A stretch of 64,000 nucleotides of DNA from Hydrolagus affinis (lineage: Eukaryota): contig JAAILG010000991.1 of the NCBI GenBank assembly GCA_012026655.1, forward strand, positions 1 through 64,000. Direction: 5' to 3'. The notes under the pieces were generated by a model. That model saw only the letters and a program-made list of their open reading frames with translations, did no database searches and was not told the DNA's origin. Shown here in pieces: positions 27,301 to 39,300 of the stretch. The number at the start of each line of letters is the position of its first letter. Position 1 is the first letter of the stretch. Both the position numbers and the translations under genes were made by a program.

Positions 27301-30300
27301 AGAATTTTAGCCGCCTCCTGGGTGGTTCTCCACTAGGCATTCATTTCTTTGATGCCTTCATTCCATAATAATAATCCTTGTATTTGATATAGCACCTTAT
27401 CTGAAGTATATAAAGTATTTTTCCCACCCTTTTCAATTTCAGGTTGTATTTGAGATAAAAGCTAACGCAGGAAGAAATTCTACTTGGGTCCAGATTTATT
27501 CTATCTATACAGCATTTTAGAATATTTAATGTAATTTAACATCTCAATCGTACCATTGAAGTTGGTCTTCTGTCATTTTTAATATAATTTAGAGAAATCC
27601 CAATAAATACAGCTGTGCTTAAGAACCTCTGGAGTTTCGAAAAAAGATACATGAAAAGAGTGCATTTATAGTGGAATTTCTCTTCAGCAGTTTAACAATC
27701 TATGGATGAGGTGTGGACACAAAAAGTGCACATCAGTTGCAGCATTTGAAAATAAACTGGGTACATGTGAAAGCACTTAATCTAATCCATGTGACACTAT
27801 TGCTTCTGACATCTAGATAATCACCAAAACACAGAGAATGGCAACATGATTCTTGGGACGCTGCAAAATAAATTCCCAATAACTCTCAGCACCTTGGGAC
27901 ATCCTCCCAACGTGAAGTGCACTCGATAAAGGCAATTTTGTTGTTGTTGTTGAATGAGCCAGTGACAAATGCCTGAACCATCTCTGCGTACATCATGCTG
28001 GCTAAATATAAACAGCGCTGCGCTGTCCACAGGACCCTAACCAGCGTGAAGGGCGCTATACAGATGCAAGTTATTGTTCTTGCTCAGGAGGAAACAAAAC
28101 TGCAAGCTGCAAAAAAAAGTGAAATTCTGCACCATCCAGCAACTTTCTGACAGCACGTTGCAACATACTCTAATACTTTGCAAAACCGCAGCAGCACAGA
28201 AGAACCGCCATTCACACACAGTCGGCCGAAGGACTCTTCGGGGTCATTGTGCTTGCAATGATACACCCCATCGATAAACAAATTCAACCACGCCAGCAGG
28301 CTGCTTAGCCAGTGCTTTATGGTTTCTAAATTACCTGAGCAAAGAGCTGTGGTATCTGAGCAACATGTTTGATATACAGTAGCGCTTTTCACATCTCCTA
28401 GATGTCTCAAAGCGCTTCACAGTATATACTGTAAAGTAAATTGCCTGTATATTTGTGGGCGAAACACTGCAGCCAATTGTGCACAGCAATGTCCCACAAA
28501 CAGTTGTGGATTGAAATGACCAATTTTTTTTAAGGGATTATTATCAAGCGTGTAGAGTAAGGAAACTTGCCCAAGGTTTCACCCTGGAATTGAACCCAGG
28601 TCTCTTGCTTGTAAAGTGAGTGCTCTAACCACTGAGCTATAGGACTCCACAAAATATACCATGTGAACATTTATTTTAAATTTTAAAACCGCACATAAGT
28701 ACATGCAACCATCTTCCAATATAATCATTTGATGGACAATGCAAATAAATAACTAATGTTCACAAAAACAGAATAACCTCAACAGCACATTAGCTGCATC
28801 TCTGGATATTTTTGTTCCTAATTTGAAGGCAGAACCTCAGCCTCCATTGACCTAAAATGAGCTTTCTCCTACAGCACATAGTTGGCAGTCCACGGCAGGT
28901 TGTCAATTGGAATTGGAAAGAAATGAAAAAAGACTGGAAAAAGATAAGTTTTCTCTCCCTAAACTTCAGGCACATCTCAAGGTAGGTCAAACAAGTGTAC
29001 ACCGCATGGGTGATTAACAACATCAAAGTCCTAATCAAAGAGGAATGGGTGAACATGTAGAGAGCTGGGCTTCTAACTTGGACAGCTGAGTAAAATTAAC
29101 AATGGATAAATGAGAAAGAGAGAAATTAGAATGATTAGTTTTCTTCTGGAAAATACAGTGTGGGAAGAGTTAATGTGCACACATTGTTTTCAATGGCGTG
29201 GGCTGAGTGGTCAGGCTGCACAGCATTGAGCAAACAGTGACTGGACATGCATTCGGTTTGGAGCAGAGTTTTAAAAGCAGTGGTTGTGTCTGGACCTGGA
29301 TTTCTGTAAAGGTTTTCATTCCAATTTAGCATTTTCATTGAAAAAAACTGTTAGAATCATCTGCAGGCAGACTCTGACAGTGCTATGTGGTGTATAACAG
29401 TCCAAAGTGCTTCCAGTTTCTTTTCAACAGTCTTGACACATGACTGGCTGCCGGGTCTTTTATTTAATGATTTATGCACTCATTGTTTCCACTTCACCTG
29501 TTTGAAACACAGTCACAAAATGTTTTTGCTACCGGTAACTCCGTTTGCCATTTAGCATAGGTGCGCATTACCCCGTAGCTCTGGTGGAGTCCTGTAGCTC
29601 AGTGGTTAGAGCACTCGCCTCACAAGCGAGAAACCTGGGTTCGATTCCAGGCAGGGAACCTTGGGCAAGTTTCCTTACTCCACACGCCTGATAATAATCC
29701 CTCAAGAAAAAAACAATAATAAATTGGTCATTTCAAACGATGACTGTACATGGGAAACTGCTGGGTGTAATTGGCTGCCACCTTTCACCCACAAATATAC
29801 GGTCAATTCACTTTCCAATACATTCTGTGAAGCGCTTTGAGACAGATCAGATTTAGAAAATGTTAAAAGTGCTATATTAAATACACGGATTGTTATTATT
29901 TATTATTCTCACTTCTGCTTTTGTATCCCCCTACTCCCCGATTCTGACTTTTATGCACATTCACTGGACCTTTCAATACAAATACATCTACCATGCAATA
30001 GTCTTACGCCTTCAGTCTGGAAGCTATATCAATGGTCAATAAATACACTGCTTGTTGGTTTCAAAGAAAGATAAATGATTAACAAGAACACAACCGAACG
30101 TTCCAAATACTTGTTTTGGCTCCTGTCCCACGTCCCCACCCCACCCCTAAGAAAGAGTCGGAATTAAAATTGACTTGATCTCTCTGTACTACTCACATAC
30201 AAACAAGCTTTTATATACACATCACATACTTAGACGGCAAAGGTCTGATTTCTACCGTTTTATTCTAAATTAAAGTGGGATATGGCTTGCTTGTGTTTAG

Positions 30301-33300
30301 ACAAAGATAAAAGTGTACCTTGTAACTGTTTGAAACGCCCATCCATGATATTGTAAGACGTCTGATGTGGAGGATTGTAATCTGGACACATCCCTGCCAT
30401 GGCAGACATGAGTAGAGCGGTTGAGGCACTAGTGGCCGAGAGCTTTAGCAGGTGGATCTGCACAGCTGCAATGCCACAAGCACTTTCAGAATCCACTGGA
30501 AGGTGGAGCCCTCAAGTTGATAGTTAATTTCCTTTTTCCACGTTAGCAGTGCTCCAGCTCTGCTTGAGAGAGTTTCTGAGAGGATAACATGACCCTCGTC
30601 TGACAGTTCAATGCCAAGCCTCGACTCGCAACCCTGCTCTACCTGCCTCGCACACACACGCGAGCACACACACACACACACAGAAGATTTGCATATGAAT
30701 TGGCTTCTATTTGAACATGTCCCTATCACAATAATCAGGCTGAGTGATGTCACTTTTAATGTGCCCTAAAGCGGTGTAGGAATAAAATAAGAAAGACTGC
30801 AACAACAGGAGGAGACTAGACCGGATATCACAGTGCAAATATTAGCAGTGTACTCAACGTCTCCCTGAGGTCTGCCTGACTATAAGCTGAGTATAACTAC
30901 AGTACATAGAACTTGGGTTTAGAAACAGTGATACCATTAATACCTATATGACAGCAAATTACTGAAAAATATTTAATAAATACTGGTTATCCTACATAAC
31001 AAAACTGATAATGCTTCAATGGCCAATAGATAAAATCACACCTCTGTTATATTGCTGATCTGTGTGGTATCAATGCAAACTGTGTTGTCTAATGGATTTT
31101 ATAAATTGATTCATTTCACCCACAAATATACAGTCAATACACTTTACAGCAGATTCTGTGGAGCGCTTTGAGACGTCTAGAAAATGTGAAAAGCGCTGTA
31201 TCAAATGCAAGGATTATTATTATTATTTTATACAGCAGCAATTTGTATTTACTGTACATAATGTCCTCATGTAGAGTGACATCTCATAATGCTTTACAGA
31301 GATGGTGCTGGACAGCAAGTAGGGAAGGTGATAGTGGGGGAGTGAGCTGGAAAGGAACAACCTTAGAAAGTGTTTTAGGCACCCAGAGACAAATACACAG
31401 GAGCAAAACACAGGGAGATCCACAGGATGGGGGCTTAATGGATGACGGTAGGGCAGAGGTGGGTAAGCAAAAGGCAGGAGTTTTAAGAGCAAAATGGACG
31501 AACAGAAGAGGGAAGCTGGAGCGACATTTCACAGCACATTATATTCTGTGAAAATGATATGTTAGTATAAAATGCATACCGCACAGACTCACTTATTTGC
31601 GCAACGCAAGCACACAAGAATGTACATTTTGCATTCATCAATATTTACACTTCCTTCAAATAGGATTGGCAGCCTTGGGTGAAAATTTCCAATCCCATTT
31701 TTCAGCAAGAAAAACTTGCATTTATATAGCGCCCTTCACGGCAGACGGCCTCTTGAAGCTCTTATACAATGCCTTTCACATCGGGAAGAAGATGCTGTAC
31801 AGTGAGGGAATTGGACCTGACTTGCGGGTTGGGATAAGGAAGGATGGAGGACAGGGAGGGAGGGGGTAAGAGTGTGAAGGGACCTTACAGCAAGCAGAAA
31901 CAGCAGGTTTCCACTGAATTAGTTTAAGCTGCATTCAAGCACAAACTCAATCAACCACCACCCAGCTTTTCTGCCCTCCATGTTAGCACATTTATTGATG
32001 CGTTGATGTGCAAGATTTATTCGATTCACAGAAAGATTTTTGTTTCGTCAGCAGCAAGTGAAACAACAGACAGTAGCAGACAAAGGCTCCTGCCACAGTC
32101 ATGCAATTAAAACTACTGTACAGTGATACTAGGCTTCAATTCTGTGCCTATAACAAGTCCACATGATTCTCTGCATTTGTGATCAGGGATTAAAATTTTA
32201 AGAAGCATCAAAAAGCAGAACGGGAGGGCGCAAGGAAGAGGGATTTTAGCAGATGGTTGCTGAGAGTGGATAAGAGTAACAACTAAATCTAAGGCAGACA
32301 AACCATCAGGGGTGGTGACTATTTAAAGGCAGACCAAGGAGCCACTCTGTGTAATCTAGGACAGTAGCAGATGATGGCAGATAATGGCAGATGAAGCACA
32401 ACAAGAACTCTTCAGCTGATGGCCCCACACTGCACAGTTGCTTCTGTCAGTGAAAGGATGCCCAGAACATCTCATCAGCGCTGTCACTGTCTATTTCCTC
32501 CATGAGTTTGGATTGTAAATCTTTTGTTGGAAAATATTGCATTGTCTGGACTGAGCGACAATTAACTGCACTCGTTTGCCATTTCCACCTCCTTTGCAGT
32601 TTTATGTATTGGATTCTTGTGTTGAAGATTTGCTGCGAACACCCATGGAGCATTTTGACAAACAACATCAAGAGTTTTGTTTGATGTTGTATGCTCTTTT
32701 ATCATTACCTTGTAAGCCAAGACGGCAAAAATGCAAAGAACGGGTCAAAATTTGGTGAAAGCTTTTCATATTTTAATAACAGCAATGTTTCAATGCCTGG
32801 AGCAGCTAAGACATTTCATTTTCATTATAATGAAGCCGCGTGCAAGCTAAACTTTAAAGCTTCCACAATCTAATTAAAGGCTTCTGACAGGTGTTGAAAT
32901 ATTGTGTCAAAGTACTTGGCAAGCAAACCAGCAAACAAACAAACAAACAAGCAGGGTTCATTACACATTTTCCATTCAATACTTTTTGTTTCCCAGTTCT
33001 CTGTAACTGCAACAGTGTTTTTCCCCCTAATATTGTAACTTTAAATCTATATTTTCATCAAGGGATTGATCCACAGAGATGATGTCGGATGCCAAGCAAG
33101 GAACGAGGGAGAAGTGATCACACGTGCAGTTAGAGTTAGGTTTTTAGGCAGAATTTAAAGAAACCCACAACAAGCATTTATATAACGCTATTTACACAGG
33201 GTAGCATCCCAGAGCGCTTGACGGTGCTGGTGTGAGGGCAATGAGTCAGGGGAAGAGGGAGAGGATAGGTAACTGAAAGTATATAAAAATGAAGGTCTTT

Positions 33301-36300
33301 GTGTGGGATTCCGAGGTGGGGAAGCAGGAGGCAATGCAGAGAGATTGAGGGGGAGAGACTTTTAAGAGTTTTACGGCGAATAGAGAGGGGTGCGTTGGAG
33401 GAAGTTCCAAAATTGCTGAAGATTCAGCCAATGAAGGTAGGCATTAGATGCGCAGCAGGCATGAATTTTCTGAAGAGGAGAAAGCAGACAAATGGGGTGA
33501 GAAGAAAATCATGGAGATCACAGGGAGGAGGCAAAGGTGCAAAGTAAACTTTAAATGAGGACGAGCACCTTTGAAATGGATTCAGAGTTGAAAGAACTTG
33601 ACATTATAATGCAGACCAACTGAGGACATACCCCAGTGCCTCATAAACGCTTGCAACAGAAATTTAACATCAGAAAAAAGAAATTACATTCAACATGGAA
33701 TTTATCAGAGCAGCTCTGGACTTTTACAGAAATCTGTGTGAGGAGTCAAATTCTAGAATATGATATTCATCAAAATTTTCAGCAGAATATCCTCTTAAAA
33801 ATTCTGTGGAAACTTACAAGATCAGTTCACAATTTGAAATCAAAGTTTTATGGATTCCCTGTTGCCATTAACCACATTCCCAGAACAGTTATTAATGTTC
33901 CATCACATTTACAGTCAAGCTGGTGATAAATCTAGGGCAGCATTAGAAGTTAAACAGCTCAGCCTTTCAATGCTTCAACATCACAGAGTAGCAAACAGAT
34001 GCACTTATCTTCATTTCAAATAATAATTACCATAATTCCACGTGAATATTCAAAACGGAAGCGCAACAACATGCCAAGAAAAAAACATAGAAATGAAAGA
34101 CACTTAATATTAACATATTGCTTGATTTTTGCACAATGGAATTTCCAATGTACCACTGGAAATAAAGAGAATCCTGGTTAAAAAAAACCTTGTATTTGAT
34201 TTAGCGGCTTATCAGATCGTTCAGACGTCTCAAGGCGCTTCACAGAATATACTGTAAAATGAATTGAGTCTATATTTTGAGAGTGAAATGCATTGAATGT
34301 GGTAACACGATCAAGGTGAAAAAAGCAGAAATTCATCCTCAGTTGTTCCAACTCAATTACTGGAGGAAAAGAACATGCAGAAAGATAATGAATGATTTAT
34401 TTAAGCTCTTTGATGCATTCTGATTTCAACTTGGATGTGCTGCACCCAAGGAGAGGCCACTTACTGTCACAAGGCCACAAAAACACAGCAAGAAATATTT
34501 GTCTGCCTCACTCCATAAGGAAGCACTCCATAAGGAAGCATAACCCTTCAAAACAAGAGAATCTGCTCTGTCTAAAAGCCACAAAATTGAAGTCTATTCT
34601 TTTGCAAGTGGTGAGTGAGAGAAGTGAAGGGGGTAGTTTTTGCCAAGTTAACTGGACTTTGAACCCAGCAGCAGAATTGCAAAGGAGTGCTCTTGCTATG
34701 GCAACACAACTGAGAGTCTGAGGCCAATTTGTGAGAAACATGGGAGTAATTAAGGGAGAAAGAATTGAGGAATACACACACCCCTTGTGTAACTAGAGCA
34801 GGTGCCCCACCTGTGAAACGAACGTACATAAATGCAAACATTTGCTTTTAATAGCAAACCAAACTCAGGAGTGCAGGGCGGAAGTAACTGTGGTGCAACG
34901 AAAAGGTTTTGACCATGCATATCAGGATCTGTTTCTCTATTCCGTCTGCACTTGGGCAACTCCATTGGTAACAAAGCTGCACATAGTTTTAATCTCAAAT
35001 TCATGTACTATATACTCTTTCAAATTCCATTATCAAGAAAAGAAAAGACACCAACACAGAACTGCTGGTGGTTAAATACATTGCTTAAAATACACAGCCT
35101 GCAAATCCTCTTGTCCAATTCACCTAAACTGTTCCAAAATGGTTGTGGCTCTTCAGGTCACTGAACATCATCCTTTGTAACATGAGATCCGGTGACTGGC
35201 TACCACAACTGCTATCATGCAATTGGCTTGAATTCAAATCTGCGACGAAAACAAAACGCAGAATCCACCTACCAGATTGAACACTTCAATATCTAGCATT
35301 GGACAGTCCAATATCTAGCTTGCGCAGTGTAGGATTTTGTTAATGTTTAATCAGATTCTGACATGATACTTTTGTAAATTTACAAACGGCTGGAATCTCT
35401 CCAATGTAAAAGGTCACACATCAAGTTAAGGTGTAGATTTAGTGCGGAGGAAAGCCATACAACAGCAATCTTTGGTACTAGTCTTTGTCTCTATTTTCTT
35501 TAAATTTAACACAACCTGGCAACTTTAAATTAGCACCCCACTAATTCTATCCTAATGTAAGGGCAGCGGATTGCCAACAGCAATAACCAATAGGAAAGAT
35601 ATTACACTCTAATTTGTTGTCTTAAATTGTTCCTCCAATTTAACACCATTGTTCTAAATTGTTATTGTCACATACAAATCCAATCTCACACCCTCCTCTT
35701 GTATTCTGTGAATATTTGCTGCCTCTCTGTAGCCCTCTTGTACACTTCACATTGTTCTGACGATGTACAACAAGCTTAGATAATGCGTGAGTCCCAGAAA
35801 GGTCTCAGAGCGCTGTAGATTGGTGAAATTGGCTGCCAAGCACAGAAGTAGTAAGGCGAGGGTGAGGTAACCCTAGCACCTCATAGAGGTAGGTTTTCAG
35901 GTTGATTTGAAGAAAGATAAAGAGTGTGGTGGGGGGCGATGTGGAGGTATTGAAGCTGGCAGTTCTAGTGATCAGGGGCACGTTCATCTAGAATAACCTG
36001 ATTCCTGAAGAGGACATTTTTAACATATGAAACGACAGAGAGATTATCAGCAAGCTGAATGACCATGAGACGAGAAGACGACATCAACAGATATCCGTAT
36101 ATGTGCATTCTCCAGCAGAGGCGAGTAATAGATGGCAGAGTAAGGAAGTATTTTAAATCGAAGGCAAGCTCCATTTTTATAGCCCCTTGTCATGTGGAAG
36201 ACCTCAAAGCACTGCACTGTAATTATGAGCAGAGCAACAGGCTATTTGTCACAAAATAGCTGCCAATGCTGGAATTTTATTGCAATTTATATTTCGTTAA

Positions 36301-39300
36301 AAGTGAGTCACACTCACTTTAATTAACTTCAACAATCTGAACTACAATCATTTGCCACCGCAGTATTCTACAAATGATCGCATTACTGAACATTTTAGCA
36401 CGTAATTCATTAGAAAGTGTTTCAAAGGAATTTGTGAAAAGGGCTGAACAGAACAGTGTTAATTTGACTTTTAAAAATGTGACTGAGGTCAAATGAAAAA
36501 TCACTCTTCTAAACTCAGAACAATAAGTTAGGATGCACCAACACAGTAGCAGATGAAGACATGAGTTTAGAGTGTTTCCATTGGCATTTTTAGTATTAAA
36601 AAGAGGAAGTTTTCTTTAGGCTGAGGGTAATTAACAACTGGAACTGGTTTCCAGAAATGATTGTTAAACCCAGGATAGTGCCAGTTGCTGTGATGAGATA
36701 TGGTAAAAAGCTGAGCCCAAAAAACGTTTTCTTCATCCCCTCTCATGATCTTGTGTACAAAGGCTTGCCACTTCACTCCAGGTACTAGTCTGAAGTCACA
36801 CATTCACAACAGAAACCCTCACCCGCCAAATCTCACCTGGCACAGTAAAGAGGCCAAATGCTCCCCCACAAATTTATCCTTCAATTTTAAACTGAAGGTT
36901 AAATTTAATCTTCAATCAAGCTGAACTACTTATAAAGATTGTAAGACGTCCAAGACCGGAACATTTAGAAACAAGGTCGGCATATTTTGCAGTTCCCTGT
37001 TATTTATTTGAAAATGTAAAGCAGGTTATTGGTAATTGGCAGTGTTTTATAATTTTCTCTTATGGTCATTAACTTAAATTATGAATGAACAATGTGATAG
37101 GCACAGCTACTGCCTTATCGGAGAGAAAAAGGTCAGAAAATATAAAAACTAAACTTGTAGTACAGTATTAGATATTCTGCAGTTTCAGTGAGCACATTGA
37201 GTGAGAAAGATGTTAAAATTCAACTGAGTAAATAAGTCATTATTTTTAAACAGATTCCACATTACCCAGTGAGATTAACTATGTGATAAAAATCAACCGT
37301 TAATAAACACTGCTTTTCCTTTAGGAATGTATTGCACAGAATGTTTTATTTAATTTTGCGTGGTTTGGGCAATATTTAATCCAGGTTAGAAAATTGAAAA
37401 ATTAAATCAATTGAATGGATAAAACAAATTGTTATTACTGTAGTTATTGTTTTTTGAGAGGGGAATAAAAAGGATAGGCTGCATTGACTGGTGCCTAAAA
37501 TATTGCAATCCAACCTGAGTTTAAGACATCCTCGATTTAACTGCACTCTAGTTAAACTGGCACTAAGATTAAGCATCTGCAGTTACAAGTGAGCATTTAA
37601 CAGGTTGCACTGGAATGTCGACAGCTAAACATTGTGACCATTATTGCACAGCAGAGGTCACCCCAAGAATTCAAGGACAAATCTGTTAGCATTTAATGCT
37701 GCAAAACAAGTTTCGATTCAAGCAAGGGGGAGTCTTAACATCGATTCCCAGTGCTGACTGACATTCCTGTACGTGTTCAAAGAGATCCAGCAGTTGCTGC
37801 CGTGGTTGCTGACGGAAAATCTTTCATCTCAGGTGGAAGGTTAACAGAAGACAATTGACACCCCACCCACCCCCCCCCCTCACTATCACCCACTTCTCAA
37901 ATGGAAGCTGGAAATCCCATCTAGTCTTAGCCTGTGAGACGCTTTTCTTTCTTAAACTTTAAGATGGGGCAGAATTGTAGAAGATTCTTAAATTAAATTC
38001 AAGTCCCAATTTGGAAGCCGGTTTTCTGCTTCCTAAAATAATTTTTGGTTAATAATTTTCCACAGTTCCACCCTATCCTTGAAGGGCTCCGAGATTCTAC
38101 CCCACAAAAAGGGCTTCATATGAATACAAATTGTTGTTGCAGTATCTTAACTTTAAAGCAAATTGATTTTACAGGCCAAACTAAGGCCATCTTGGATTTC
38201 AGGCTCCCTGCTCTTCATTCAGACTGTCCTGTCAGCTCTCCTGACTTACAGAGAGCCTGTGGCTCAGTGAAGTGACTCGAAATGTCTGGAGAAGTAAAAA
38301 AAAATGGTATTTGCCAATCAAAATGCAATAAATCCAGTTTGTGAGTCCTGGATAATAATAATAATACCAGTAGTAATCTGATCATTTAATCCGCGACATT
38401 TTTGTGAGACACTGCTGTGTGCAATTTGCTGCGTTTCATCTACAAAACACCATCAAGGCACTTTGCAGTGTATTCTGTGAATCACTTTGATGCTCTCAAA
38501 TATGTGCTAAAGCACTATATCATATGCAAGGATTATTATTATTATTCCTGCATTTTCAACCGCATTGACAGTGAATTTCAGCCACACTCTCCGGTATGGA
38601 CAAGTGGAACAGGCTGTTGTGTTGGCAGCCATATCACGTACGCTATGCACTCAAGCAGGACCCCACACTTCTGTAAGAATTTAAGCTATGCTGTACTTAA
38701 GACTGAGCAGACAGCTGACTCACACAAGCAGGTACACACAGTGCAAAAGATAGAAATTGTAGGTCATAGTTTAGGCCAAGTACCATATGCCATTTATCTC
38801 CCTAATCAACAGGGGGTCAATGAACACCCGAGCAGCAAAGTTTCTCCCCCAACATGCTTGTCTGTTATCTATGGTCATACAGTAAGCGTTGATCCTTCAA
38901 CATTGACATGTCATAAATTTGTTGTGTTACTTATTGCAAATATCCCCTTCTATCTATTCAGTACTGCACTGAGCACATTATCACATTACAGAGAGAGAGA
39001 GCCTGGTACAATGTTGCACAATATTTACACATTGTAGGAGGAGCCTATAATGATTAAACGCTGCTCAAAACACGCGCAGTATTGTCAATGTTGACATTCA
39101 TGACATTATTTTTTAGGAACCCGAAACAGAATATCTGGCTCATATTTGTGCTTATCTATAATTGATTTCCATTCTTATTGGAAAGACTGTATTTCAGTCT
39201 CAATCACGCAAACATACCCATGAATAGACATTGGGAAAAGGTATCTTTCCAGGCCTCATTAAAACAAAAGTCTTTGAAGACAGACTGTATTGTAGCTTGA

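Noticed and set aside
29586-29660. tRNA gene call (also at 28648, 46323, 57296, 61759)
   Set aside because: Each continues into a shared SINE body and tail; acceptor stem is imperfect and anticodons vary
30410-30496. Longer N-terminus MDSESACG.. for the alternative exon
   Set aside because: The codon at 30496 is GTG; the first in-frame ATG is at 30409
32366-32393. GCAGATRATG tandem with E-boxes and a GATA site
   Set aside because: E-box-to-GATA spacing is 5 nt, not the canonical TAL1-GATA1 spacing; likely a micro-duplication
34509-34540. 15-bp tandem duplication (similar small ones near 16992, 53418, 55860, 60870)
   Set aside because: Ordinary slippage duplications; no spacer structure, not CRISPR-like
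38417-39037. 206-aa plus-strand ORF
   Set aside because: Starts at a GTG inside a SINE tail, crosses a (TAT)n tract and has no recognisable domain
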